In this document: one piece after another, positions 37,680 to 50,082 of the stretch
Layout of the letters: the number at the start of each line of letters is the position of its first letter
How positions within the stretch are numbered: the first letter of the stretch is position 1
NCBI RefSeq assembly: GCF_035084215.1
Contig: NC_090354.1
Span: forward strand, 10,664,001-10,728,000
DNA: 64,000 nucleotides
Origin: Heptranchias perlo
Taxonomy: Eukaryota
Direction: 5' to 3'
Position numbers and translations under genes: made by a program
The notes under the pieces: generated by a model
Seen by the model: only the letters and a program-made list of their open reading frames with translations
What the model was told of the DNA's origin: nothing
The model's database searches: none

Positions 37680-38893
37680 GTGACTGTTTGCAGTGGCATC
37701 GACAGTGACCTTTTGGATGATGAAAGAATAATTGAATATAGAGAGACTTGAGTTTCTGAGACAGTGTTATGAATTCATGATTAATTCTTGACTTCATCTT
37801 GCATGTCTGAAATTGTTCATTGTCCTGTTATTTGTTTTCAACTGGATTATTTATATCTGTATATGCAATGGAACAATAAACATTTTGGAACAGTAATGTC
37901 CATGATTCAACTTACTAACTTTCTATATATTTCACAATTCAATAACTGCACATTTACTCCCTTTCACTCTCAGTAAAGACACTTCTTTCAATCTGGGGTG
38001 AATTTCAAAGCAGAAAAGGGTTTCTAATGTAAAGATCTGCTTCAAAGTGAACTCAGTCCAGTATAAATGTCAAACATAGCACAGACCCAGTGGACCAAAA
38101 ACCGAATACATCTCTGTATCTCAAGGTATTCCCTGCAGTCTCACAATGACCAACAATAATCAGCTTGTCTTCCAACAGAGGCACCAAACTGCACACCATT
38201 CATTTAGTGGACGGTCGAAACCCGTTACCTGTTAGCTGTTCAGTATAAAAAACTTGTGAGTATGAGATTTTAGGAGGGAAAAGCAAAGTTACTTGCACCA
38301 TAAGCAAGTTTTATGAAGTTTTAGCTAAATAATTGCATTATAAAGCCGAAACCCTTGAGGCATGTATCTTTCAGTGTCAGTAAGGTGTGTAATATTTCTA
38401 GCTGTGTCAGTCAGCGGTTATATTCTTTCAGTAACTTTACTGTATTACAGCAACGGACACACTGCTTGTGTTTCGGCTCTTGCAGGACAGCAGGAAACAT
38501 CAGCGAACGTATGGCAGGTCCCAGACTACACGTGACCAATGCCACAACAGATCTAGTAGTAAATTATTAAATGGAGTGCAAAATGTAAACTCTGAATATA
38601 AACTTAAAGTAAACCTGGAATATATTTATTTGTTAGGTTATCCAAATACAGCAGGGAATAAAGATTCAGGTTGCAGTTCATAGGAGGCTCGGTGTGTTAT
38701 GGAAAGTGTCATCTCGTCGTTTACCAAGTTATGATGTTGGGAACTTTACATCAACATGTAGGGCCATCATTGTTACTAATTTAATATCAGAATACATTAG
38801 AAACTTTAAAAATTGCTTCATGTTATCAGTAAACCCAATTATATTCATGCTGTTAGTTCTATTTAATGCAAAACAAGTCTATTCCCTGAACTA

Positions 38894-39326
38894 GGTGGCA
38901 GTCTTGGCCCAGTGCTGGCACGCTCACCTCTGAGCCAGAAGCTGTTGGGTTCAAGCTCCATTCCATAGGCCTGAGGACATCATTTCGGCTGACAATTCAG
39001 TGTGGGAATGCTGCACTCCAGGAGGTGCCGTCTTTCAGATGGGACATTAAACTCAAGACCCATCTGCCCACTTAGGAGGAAGTAAAAGATCCCATTACAC
39101 TCTTCAGAATTCTGAGAGATTCCTGAGCAACAGCCAATGCCACCAAAAACACATTATCTGGTCATTAATCACGTGTTTGTGGGACCGTGCTCTTTGCAAA
39201 ATTCACTGCTGCATTTGGCTACATTGCAACAATAACTGCAGTTCAAGATTACTTAATTGGTTATGAAGCACTTTGGAATGTCCTGAGCAAGTGAAAGGTG
39301 CTATATCAATGCAAATTCTTTCTTTA
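38894..39326 (+). mobile_element. Deu-domain tRNA SINE carried in the duplicated unit
   Basis: GGTTCAAGCTCC B-box, GGAGGTGCCGTCTTTCAGATG core; duplicated at 53575-54007. Confidence 0.75.
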
Positions 39327-39467
39327 TAAACAGAAATAATATATTTTTGAAAATAAAGAATCTGCCATCCGTTTAGAAAGAAATCACAAAAAACCTGGTC
39401 AATTATGTATTTTGATATATGAAATATGCAAATACAGCAAATTAATGTGATAAATTACTGATAGATA

Positions 39468-39951
39468 TAGAATCATAAAGTACAGAAGGAGGCCATTCGG
39501 CCCATCATAACGACGCTGGCTCTTTGAAAGAGATATCCCACTCTTCTGCTCTTTCCCCATAGCCCTGCAATGTTTTCCCTATTAAGTGTGTATCCAATTC
39601 CAATTTTGAAATTTTCCATTGAATCTGCTTCCACCATCCTTTCACACAGTGCAGTCCAGATCATAACGACAGATAATTGCTGGCGGAGTAATTTTCATTT
39701 TCCCTCTGGTTCTTTTATCAATTATCTTCACTATGTGTCCTTTGGTTAGCAACTCTCCTGCCAATGGAAACAGTTTCTCCTTATTTACTCAATCAATACC
39801 CCTCATAATTTTGGACACCACTATTAAATCTCCCTTTAACCTTCTCTGCTCTAAGGAGAACAATCCCTGCTTCTGAAGTCTCTCCACATAATTGAAGTCT
39901 CTCATCCCTGGTATCATACTGGTAAATCTCATCTAAACCCTCTCCAAGGCT
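39468..39951 (-). mobile_element. CR1 3' fragment carried in the duplicated unit
   Basis: Same family as 14.3-14.8 kb; equivalents at ~43988-44461, 48465-48937, 54152-55205, 59341-60080, 63299-63770. Confidence 0.8.
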
Positions 39952-40454
39952 TGTAAGAATATGAGAAAAGACAAAGTGGATTCAGTAATATAAAAGGCTC
40001 ACGGGGAGTTTTTGTTAAAAAAGTTATCCAACAATTGAAAATTTCATGACCGAAACGTCTGGAATTGTAATTGTTTGTGTCCCAGGTGCTCCACGGTACT
40101 CAGCTGCATGACTGACTAAGACATCACATTTGGACACCGGATTGAAACCTTCACTCCTTTTAAATCTCACTGCACTCTGACAACAGCCTGGAGTGGAATG
40201 TGGAGATGTGCAACTATTTCAATTTTTTAAGATTATAATTATTAAAATAAGGAAACACCAATTCAGAGATTTGTACTTTATTACCACAATATACAAAGTA
40301 AATACACTGCTTGTATTTAAGAAAGGATTTTTCTGAAGTACAGAATGAAAAGAATGATTCACATTTTCATTTTCACACTAGTTTACTTGAAGTTCATTTC
40401 TACCAGTATACAGTTGCTCTGTGATGTACAGCAAAAGTTCATTGCAAACAAATG

Positions 40455-41108
40455 TCAACAGTCCTCATTCATTTCAGACTCTGTCTTGTTCTCGCCACTC
40501 TCCTGTGTCTGTGCTTCTACACCAGGATTTAGCCGGGGAGTGGTTGTTGTATCAGAGGTGATGTTGATGGGAACGGTTCGTTCATTCACAGCTGGCAGTG
40601 CCAGGCGTGGGGCTTGAACCTTTAACCGGCCGTCCTGTGACAAACAGCAGTTAAGTGCTTGAGGATCGACATCTTCTGGCAGCTGAAATTCTCTCCTGAA
40701 GTCTTCATATTTGTAGCTGTAACAGCCGCTCCCATCATCACTTTTCTTCTCATGTTTTCCTGTCACCAGCACTTTTCTTCCAAGTACTTTCACCTTCAGT
40801 TCTTCCGGGGAGAATCGCTGGACATCCAGGGACAGAGAAAAGTCATCTCCATCCTTGTCCTCGGATTGTCTTTTATCTCCTTCATTGTCATCAGGTTTGT
40901 TGTTCTGATTTCTTGGACTTTCGTCCCAAAATTCTTTGGCGAGCTCCTCAAGAACTCGATTCAGGAAGTTCATGCTCTTTCTCGCTTCTTCCACCTGTTG
41001 CCACCTGTTGCATTCAAACGGCTCAAAGACTGTGTGTGGAACAGGCCACAATGTGTACACAGGCTGATGGCACAGACGTGAAGGGTGGAAAGCCCGACAG
41101 CTCAGCAT
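40455..41108 (-). CDS. hsp30: HSP30/HSPB9-like, copy 4 (217 aa, subtype I)
   Basis: Intact ORF, alpha-crystallin domain, HSE/TATA at ~41203-41241. Confidence 0.9.
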   Translation of the reverse strand: MLSCRAFHPSRLCHQPVYTLWPVPHTVFEPFECNRWQQVEEARKSMNFLNRVLEELAKEFWDESPRNQNNKPDDNEGDKRQSEDKDGDDFSLSLDVQRFSPEELKVKVLGRKVLVTGKHEKKSDDGSGCYSYKYEDFRREFQLPEDVDPQALNCCLSQDGRLKVQAPRLALPAVNERTVPINITSDTTTTPRLNPGVEAQTQESGENKTESEMNEDC

Positions 41109-42195
41109 TCTCTCTGCCTCTTCTATCACTTCTCTCAAACCCGACTGATGTGAACTCCCAGTCTTCAGTCTCTGATCTGCTGCAGCACTCAGAACACACG
41201 CCTTATATATTCTACTCCCAGAAATCCAGACACTTCCAGAATTTGCTAAACTTTACTGGGTTTATGACACATGAGCAGAAAATAACTGACGTCAACGAAG
41301 AATGACTCGGCTCAGTGACACCCTCTGGTGCAATTCCAGAGACTGCTGGAAGCTGCTGACATGGTGACATCACAGCTGGGCGGAGCAAATGATTGACAGC
41401 CCAGCAGAAGGAAGAGACTGTGGAGTAAAGTTGTGTTTGATCAGAAGTGTTCAACTTAATGAAATCCAAACTAACATTTTGAGATAATGAACAGCCAGTC
41501 AGTGGCTTCCTAGATCCGCTATTTTCATTTATTTTCAAAAGATTAAAGTGATATTTAGCAACAGCAGAGCAGAGGGATCGAAAGAGTGAATTTCAGATCA
41601 GTTTGATTTAAATTATGTGAAGTTCTGATTCTATCCCATTCAGGTTCATTAGTTGCCTTGTTTTTTGTTTCATTTGCCACTGTCCGTTGCCATGGTAATG
41701 TGTTGCTATCCAGTTCTCCAAGATGATGGAGTGATGGCCTTTACATTCCTAGATTCTGGGGAGATATTCAACATACAGTATTTTGCAGTCAGAAATAAAA
41801 TAGTTTGATAATGTTTAAAAATCTCTCTTCATGATCAATGATGTGTTATTTATAGAAAATTCAGCTAAACATTGACTCCAAGACAGACTAATGTTTATCC
41901 AGATGTGCGCATGAAGATATTTATTTTTAAGGGGATGCACCACTCAGTGGAGATCCCCAGCCTGTTGATTTCCTTCACTCAGACAGCTGCTCGTGCACTT
42001 AATTCCCTAGTTTTCCTCTTCCAAGTGTAATTCTTTGTGCTGTGGGTGGGTTTAAATTTGATGCTGTATCTCTATTCATGTTCACCCCCAACAACCCTCC
42101 CCCCACCACCATCACCACCACCTCATTGTCCAATGTCTTCAAATTTTCTTTTTCTAAATTAGCTTTTGTTCAGAAAGTGAAAATATATCACAATT

Positions 42196-42344
42196 CCAGC
42201 TGTGAATGAACGAATCATCTCCAGCAACATCATCTCTGACACAACAACCAGTCCCAGGCTAAATTCTGGCAAAAATCCACAGAAACAGGGCAGTGGAAAG
42301 GATGAGGGGACAAGAAAGAGGCTGAAGTAAAAAAGGACTTTTAA
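42196..42344 (+). pseudogene. 3'-only remnant of a plus-strand hsp30 (promoter and most of CDS deleted)
   Basis: CCAGCTGTGAATGAACGA...AAGGACTTTTAA aligns to the last ~50 codons of copy 7, with a frameshift; fused directly to spacer sequence. Confidence 0.85.
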
Positions 42345-42454
42345 GACTCATTTACAGCGACCTTTTGGAAGATGAAAGAATAATTGAATATAGAGAGACA
42401 GGAGTATCTGAGACAATGATATGAATACCAACAATTAATTCTTATTTTCTTCTT

Positions 42455-42862
42455 TATCCTTAACATCTTTAGTTAGCCATGGGTGGATCATTTTTCGCCT
42501 GGAGTTTTCATTTCCCAATAGAATGTATGTTCATTGAGAATTATGAAATATTTCTTTCAATGTTTGCCATTGCTTATCTACTGTTACACCTTTTAATCTA
42601 ATTTCCCAATCTACCTTCGCGAACTGCCCCTTATACCTATATAATTGGCTTTATTTAAGTTTAAGACTCGAGTTTCTCTCTCAAGTACGGCACTCTTGAA
42701 CTTAACATGAAATTCTATCATACTATGATCACTTTTCCCCAGAGGATCCCTTACTATGAGCTTACTAATTAACCATGCCTCATTACACAAGAAAAGGTCT
42801 AAAATAGCCTGATCCCTGCTTGGTTCCATGTCGTATTGTTCTGGGAAACTGACTCAAATGCA
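42455..42862 (-). mobile_element. CR1 ORF2 fragment (endonuclease end/linker) carried in short units
   Basis: EPSRDQAILDLFLCNE..IVRDPLGKSDHSMIEF; repeated at ~46932-47342 and ~57808-58218. Confidence 0.75.
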
Positions 42863-43398
42863 TCCGCATTTTTAAGTATCAGTAAGGTGTGTAATATTTC
42901 TCACAGTGTCAGTCAGCAGTTTTATTCTTTCAGTAAATTTACTGTATTACAGCAACGGACACACTGTTCAGGTTTAGGCTGCTGGAGGTGGGTGGGAAAT
43001 AACAGCAACCGTATCGCAGGTCCCAGACTACACGTGAGCAATGCCACAGGAGATCCAGTAGTAAAATATCAAATGGAGTACAAAATGTAAACTCTGAATA
43101 TGAACTTAAAGTAAACCTGGAATATATTTAACTGTTATGCAACCCAAATACAGCAGGGAATAAAGATTCAGGTTACAGTTCATCGGAGACTTGGTGTGTT
43201 ATGGAAACTGTCATGTAGCCATTTACTAAGTTATGGTGTTGGGAGCTTTACATCAACATTAATTGTCAGATCATCATTGTTTCTAATGCATTCTGATAGT
43301 AAATTAGTAACTTAAAAAATTGCCACATTATCAGTAAATCCAATTATATTCTCGCTGTCAGTCCTATTCAATGCAAAGGAAGTTTATTCCCTAAATTA

Positions 43399-43842
43399 GG
43401 TGACAGTCTTGGTGCAGTGCTCACACACTCACCTCAGAACCAGAAGGTGTTGGGTTCAAGACCCAGTCCATAGTCCTGAGCACATTATTTGGGCTGATAA
43501 TTCAGTGTGGGAATGCTGCACTGTAGGGGCTGCCGTCTTTCAGGTGGGAGATTAAACTCAAGTCCCATCTGCTCCCTTGGGTGGAAGTAAAAGATCCCAC
43601 TACCCTATTCAGAGTTCTGACGGATTCCTGGGCAACATTTACCCCTCAGCCAATACCACCAAGAACAGATTATCTGGTCATTTATCACAGTGTGTTTGTG
43701 GGACCTTGCTCTGACAAAATTCACTGCAGCATTTGGCTACTTTGGAACAATAACTGAATTTCAAAGTAATTAAATATTTATGAAGCACTTTGGGATGACC
43801 TGAGCACATTAAAGATGCCGTTTCAATGCAAATTCTTTCTTT
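43399..43842 (+). mobile_element. Deu-domain tRNA SINE (duplicated copy)
   Basis: Same position in the unit as the 38.9-kb copy; GGTTCAAGACCC B-box. Confidence 0.75.
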
Positions 43843-44952
43843 ATAAACAGAAATAATATATTTTTAAAAATGAATTAGTTGAAAATAAAGAAGCTGCTAC
43901 CAGATTGGAAAGAAATTACAAAAGAATGTATTTTGATATATTAAATTTGCAAATACAGCAAATTAATATAATAAATTACTGGTACAAAATCATACAGCAC
44001 TGAAGGTGGCCGTTCAGCCCGTCATAACTCTGCCGGCTCTTTGAAAGAGATATCCCACTCCTTTGCTCTTTCCCCATAGCCCTGCAATGTTTTCCCTATT
44101 AAGTGTGTGTCCAATTCCAATTTTGAAATTTTCCATTGAATCTGCTTCCACCATCCTTTCACACAGTGCAGTCCAGATCATAACAACAGATAATTACTGG
44201 CTGAGTAATTTTCATTTTCCCTTTGGTTCTTCTGTCTTAACTATGTGTCCTTTGGTTAGCAACTCTCCTGCCAATGGAAACAGTTTCTCCTTATTTACTC
44301 AATCAATACCCCTCATAATTTTGGACACCACTATTAAATCTCCCTTTCACCTTCTCTGCTCTAAGGAGAACAATCCCTGCTTCTAAAGTCTCTCCACATA
44401 ACTGAACTCTCTCATCCCTGGTATCATACTGGTAAATCTCATCTTAACCCTCTCCAAGGCTTGTAAGAATATGAGAAAAGACAAAGTGGATTCAGTAATA
44501 TAAAAGGCTCACGGGGAGTTTTTGTTGAAAAAGTTATCGAACAATTAAAAATTTCATGACGAAACGTCTGGAATTGTAATTGTTTGTGTCCCAGGTGCTC
44601 CACGGTACTCAGCTGCATGACTGACTAAGACATCACATTTGGACACCTGAGTGAACTCTTCACTCCTTTTAAATCTCACTGCACTCTGAGAAGAGCCTGG
44701 AGTGGAATGTGGAGATCTGCAACTATTTCAATATTTTAAGATTATAATTATTAAAATGAGGAAACACCAATTCAGAGATTTGTACTTTATTACCACAATA
44801 TACAAAGTAAAATACAAAGAAAATATTTTTCAGATGTACAGATTTGAAAAAATGTTTCACTATCTCAGTTTCACACGAATTTACTTCAAGCTCATTTCCA
44901 CCAGTATACAATTGCTCTGTGATGTACAGCAAAAGTTCACTGCAAACAAATG

Positions 44953-45606
44953 TCAACAGTCCTCCTTTATTTCAGCCTCTGTCTTGTTCTCGCCACTCTC
45001 CTGTGTCTGTGCTTCAATGCCAGGATTTAGCCGGGGAGTGGTTGTTGTATCAGAGGTGATGTTGATGGGAACGGTTCGTTCATTCACAGCTGGCAGTGCC
45101 AGGCGTGGGGCTTGAACCTTTAACCGACCGTCATGTGACAAACAGCAGTTAAGTGCTTGAGGTTCGACATCTTCTGGCAGCTGAAATTCTCTCCTGAACT
45201 CTTCATATTTGTAGCTGTAACAGCCGCTCCCATCATCACTTTTCTTCTCATGTTTTCCTGTCACCAGCACTTTTCTTCCAAGTACTTTCACCTTCAGTTC
45301 TTCTGGGGAGAATTGCTGGACATCCAGGGACAGAAAAAAGTCATCTCCATCCTTGTCCTCGGATTCTCTTTTATCTCCTTCATTGTCATCAGGTTTGTTG
45401 TTCTGACTTCTTGGTCTTTCCTCCCAAAATTCTTTTGCGAGCTCCTCAAGAACTCGATTCAGGAAATTCATGCTCTTTCTCGCTTCTTCCACCTGTTGCC
45501 ACCTGTTGCATTCAAACGGCTCAAAGACTGTGTGTGGAACAGGCCACAATGTGTACACAGGCTGCTGGCACAGACGTGAAGGGTGGAAAGCCCGACAGCT
45601 CAGCAT
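44953..45606 (-). CDS. hsp30: HSP30/HSPB9-like, copy 5 (217 aa, subtype I)
   Basis: Intact ORF, alpha-crystallin domain, HSE/TATA at ~45701-45739. Confidence 0.9.
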   Translation of the reverse strand: MLSCRAFHPSRLCQQPVYTLWPVPHTVFEPFECNRWQQVEEARKSMNFLNRVLEELAKEFWEERPRSQNNKPDDNEGDKRESEDKDGDDFFLSLDVQQFSPEELKVKVLGRKVLVTGKHEKKSDDGSGCYSYKYEEFRREFQLPEDVEPQALNCCLSHDGRLKVQAPRLALPAVNERTVPINITSDTTTTPRLNPGIEAQTQESGENKTEAEIKEDC

Positions 45607-46672
45607 TCTCTCTGCCTCTTCTATCACTTCTCTCAAACCCGACTGATGTGAACTCCCAGTCTTCAGTCTCTGATCTGCTGCAGCACTCAGAACACATGCC
45701 TTATATATTCTACTCCCAGAAATCCAGACACTTCCAGAATTTGCTAAACTTTACTGGGTTTATGACACGTGAGCAGAAAATAACTCACGTCTCATCTCTG
45801 CCTTGTTTTAACGAAGAATGACTCGGCTCAGTGACACCCTCTGGTGCAATTCCAGAGACTGCTGGAAGCTGCTGACATTTGACATCACAGCTGGGCGGAG
45901 CAAATGATTGACAGCCTAGCAGAAGGAAGAGACTGTGGAGTAAAGTTGTGTTTGATCAGAAGTGTTCAACTTCATGAAATCTAAACTAACATTTTGAGAC
46001 AATGAACAGCCAGTGAGTGGCTTTTCAAAAGATGACAGTGATATTTAGCAACAGCAGAGCAGAGGGATCGAAAGAGTGAATTTCAGATTAGTTTGATTTA
46101 AATTATATGAAGTTCTGTTTCTATCCCCTTCAGGTTTTGTTTCATTTGCCACACTGTGCGTCGCTATGGTAATGTGTTGCTATCCAGTTTTCCAAGATGA
46201 TGGAGTGATGGCCTTTACATTCCTAGATTCTGGGGAGATATTCCACATTCAGTATTTTGTAGTCAGAAATGAAACAATTTGATAATGTTTAAAAACCTCT
46301 CCTCATGATAAATGACGTGTTATTATAGAAAATTCAGCTAAACACTGACTCCAAGACAGAATAATGTTTATCCAGATGTGCGTATGAAGATATTTATTTT
46401 CAAGGGGATGCACCACTCAGTGGAGATCCCCAGCCTGTTGATTTCCATCTCTCAGACAGCTGTTAATGCCCCTAATTTCCTAGTTTTCCTCTTCCAAGTG
46501 TAATTCTTTGTGCTGTGGCTGGTTTTAAATTTGATGCTGTATCTCTATTCATGTTCACCCCCAACAACCCTCCCCCTCTCCACCAACACCACCACCACCT
46601 CATTGTCCAATGAATTCAAATTATCTTTTTCTGAATTAGCTTTTGTTAGGAAAGTGAAAATATATCACAATT

Positions 46673-46821
46673 CCAGCTGTGAATGAACGAATCATCTCCA
46701 GCAACATCATCTCTGATACAACAACCAGTCCCAGGCTAAATTCTGGCAAAAATCCACAGAAACAGGGCAGTGGAAAGGATGAGGGGACAAGAAAGAGGCT
46801 GAAGTAAAAAAGGACTTTTAA
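46673..46821 (+). pseudogene. 3'-only hsp30 remnant
   Basis: Same deletion junction (TATATCACAATT|CCAGCTGTG) as 42196. Confidence 0.85.
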
Positions 46822-47876
46822 GACTTATTTACAGCGACCTTTTGGACGATGAAAGAATAATTGAATACAGAGAGACAGGAGTATCTGAGACAATGATATG
46901 AATACTGAAAATTAATTATAGTTTTTATGTTTATCCTTAACATCTTTAGTTAGCCATGGGTGGATCATTTTACCCCTGGAGTTTTTATTTCACAATGGAA
47001 TGTATGTTCATTGAGAATTATGAAATATTTCTTTAAATTTTTGCCACTGCTTATCAACTGTTACACCTTTTAATCTAATTTCCCAATCTACCTCAGCCAT
47101 CTTGCCTCTCATACCTATGTAATTTGCTTTATTTAAGTTTAAGACTCTCGTTTCTCACTTATGTACGTCACTCTTGAACTTAACATGAAATTCTATCATA
47201 CTATGATCACTCTTCCCCAGAGAATCCCTTACTATGAGCTTACTAATTAACCATGTCTCATTACACAAGAAAAGATCTAATATAGCCTGATCCCTGGTTG
47301 GTTCCAAGCTATCTTGTTCTCGGAAACTGTCTCAAATACATCCGTATTTTTCAGTATCAGGAAGGTGATTAATATTTCTAGCAGTGTCAGTCAGCAGTTT
47401 TATTCTTTCAGTAAATTTACTGTATTACAGCAAATGACATGCTGTTCAGGTTTTGGCTGCTGCAGGACAGCGGGAAATATCAGCAACCGTATCACAGGTC
47501 CCAGACTACACGTGAGCAATGCCACAGGAGATCCAGTAGTAAAATATCAAATGGGGTTCAAAATGTAAACTCTGAATATGAACTTAAAGTAAACCTGGAA
47601 TATATTTAACTGTTATGCAACCCAAATACAGCAGGGAATAAAGATTCAGGTTGCAGTTCATCGGAGACTTGGTGTGTTGCGGAAACTGTCATGTAGCCAT
47701 TTACCAAGTTATGGTGTTGGGAGCTTCACATCAACATTAATTGTCGGATCATCATTGTTTCTAATGCATTCTGATATTAAATTAATAACTTAAAAAATTG
47801 CCACGTTATCAGTAAACCCAATTATATTCATGCTGCCAGTTCTATCCAATTCAAATGAGGTTTATTCCCTCAATTA

Positions 47877-48320
47877 GGTGACAGTCTTGGCGCAGTGCTC
47901 ACACACTCACCTCAGAACCAGAAGGTGTTGGGTTCAAGACCCAGTCCATAGTCCTGAGCACATTATTTGGGCTGATAATTCAGTGTGGGAATGCTGCACT
48001 GTAGGAGCTGCCGTCTTTCAGGTGGGAGATTAAACTCAAGTCCCATCTGCTCCCTTGGGTGGAAGTAAAAGATCCCACTACCCTATTCAGAGTTCTGACG
48101 GATTCCTGGGCAACATTTACCCCTCAGCCAATACCACCAAGAACAGATTATCTGGTCATTTATCACAGTGTGTTTGTGGGACCTTGCTCTGACAAAATTC
48201 ACTGCAGCATTTGGCTACATTCCAACAATAACTGAATTTCAAAGTAACTCAATGTTTATGAAGCACTTTGGGATGACCCGAGCACGTTAAAGATGCTGTT
48301 TCAATGCAAATTCTTTCTTT
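47877..48320 (+). mobile_element. Deu-domain tRNA SINE (duplicated copy)
   Basis: Near-identical to 43399-43842. Confidence 0.75.
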
Positions 48321-49428
48321 ATAAACAGAAATAATATATTTTTAAAAATAAATTCGTTGAAAATAAGAAGCTGCTATCAATTAGAAAGAAATTACAAAAA
48401 AATGTATTTTGATATATTAAATATGCAAATACAGCAAATTAATATAATAAATTACTGGTATAAAATCATACAGCACTGAAGGAAGCCATTCGGCCCATCA
48501 TAACTGTGCCGGCTCTTTGAAAGAGTTATCCCACTCCTCTGCTCTTTCTCCATAGCCCTGCAATGTTTTCCCTATTAAGTGTGCATCCAATTCCAATTTT
48601 GAAATTTTCCATTGAATCTGCTTCCACCACCCTTTCACACAGTGCAGTCCAGATCGTAACAACAGATAATTACTGGCTGAGTAATTTTTATTTTCCCTTT
48701 GGTTCTTCTGTCTTAACTATGTGTCCTTTGGTTAGCAACTCTCCTGCCAATGGAAACAGTTTCTCCTTATTTACTCAATCAATAACCCTCATAATTTTGG
48801 ACACCACTATTAAATCTCCCTTTAACCTTCTCTGCTCTAAGGAGAACAATCCCTGCTTCTGAAGTCTCTCCACATAACTGAACTCTCTCATCCCTGGTAT
48901 CATACTGGTAAATCTCATCTTAACCCTCTCCAAGGCTTGTAAGAATATGAGAAAAGACAAAGTGGATTCAGTAATATAAAAGGCTCAAGGGGAGTTTTTG
49001 TTAAAAATGTTATCCAACAATTGAAAATTTCATGACGAAACGTCTGGAATTGTAATTGTTTGTGTCCCAGGTGCTCCACGGTACTCAGCTGCATGACTGA
49101 CTAAGACATCACATTTGGACACCTGAGTGAACTCTTCACTCCTTTTAAATCTCACTGCACTCTGACAAGAGCCTGGAGTGGAATGTGGAGATATGGAACT
49201 ATTTCAATATTTTAAGATTATAATTATTAAAATGAGGAAACACCAATTCCGAGATTTGTACTTTATTACCACAATATACAAATTAAAATACAAAGAAAAT
49301 ATTTTTCAGATGTACAGATTTGAAAAAATGTTTCACTATCTCAGTTTCACACGAATTTACTTCAAGCTCATTTCCACCAGTATACAATTGCTCTGTGATG
49401 TACAGCAAAAGTTCACTGCAAACAAATG

Positions 49429-50082
49429 TCAACAGTCCTCCTTTATTTCAGCCTCTGTCTTGTTCTCGCCACTCTCCTGTGTCTGTGCTTCTACGCCAGG
49501 ATTTAGCCGGGGAGTGGTTGTTGTATCAGAGGTGATGTTGATGGGAACGGTTCGTTCATTCACAGCTGGCAGTGCCAGGCGTGGGGCTTGAACCTTTAAC
49601 CGACCGTCCTGTGACAAACAGCAGTTAAGTGCTTGAGGTTCGACATCTTCTGGCAGCTGAAATTCTCTCCTGAACTCTTCATATTTGTAGCTGTAACAGC
49701 CGCTCCCATCATCACTTTTCTTCTCATGTTTTCCTGTCACCAGCACTTTTCTTCCAAGTACTTTCACCTTCAGTTCTTCTGGGGAGAATCGCTGGACATC
49801 CAGGGACAGAGAAAAGTCATCTCCATCCTTGTCCTCGGATTGTCTTTTATCTCCTTCATTGTCATCAGGTTTGTTGTTCTGACTTCTTGGTCTTTCCTCC
49901 CAAAATTCTTTGGCGAGCTCCTCAAGAACTCGATTCAGGAAATTCATGCTCTTTCTCGCTTCTTCCACCTGTTGCCAACTGTTGCATTCAAACGGCTCAA
50001 AGACTGTGTGTGGAACAGGCCACAATGTGCACACAGGCTGCTGGCACAGACGTGAAGGGTGGAAAGCCCGACAGCTCAGCAT
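49429..50082 (-). CDS. hsp30: HSP30/HSPB9-like, copy 6 (217 aa, subtype I)
   Basis: Intact ORF, alpha-crystallin domain, HSE/TATA at ~50177-50215. Confidence 0.9.
   Translation of the reverse strand: MLSCRAFHPSRLCQQPVCTLWPVPHTVFEPFECNSWQQVEEARKSMNFLNRVLEELAKEFWEERPRSQNNKPDDNEGDKRQSEDKDGDDFSLSLDVQRFSPEELKVKVLGRKVLVTGKHEKKSDDGSGCYSYKYEEFRREFQLPEDVEPQALNCCLSQDGRLKVQAPRLALPAVNERTVPINITSDTTTTPRLNPGVEAQTQESGENKTEAEIKEDC

Noticed and set aside
38355-38894. Recurrent 66-85-aa ORFs in the unit spacers (38.4, 42.8, 47.3, 53.0, 58.2 kb)
   Set aside because: Starts and stops differ between copies, and there are no splice or domain signals; explained by segmental duplication.
40455-40466. C-terminal Cys-TGA (…EDC*) in copies 4, 5, 6, 8, 9 as a possible Cys-Sec selenoprotein motif
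   Set aside because: The TGA aligns with TAA in copies 1, 3 and 7. The only RTGA…TGA stem nearby is weak, lacks the apical AA and starts ~12 nt from the stop, too close for a SECIS.
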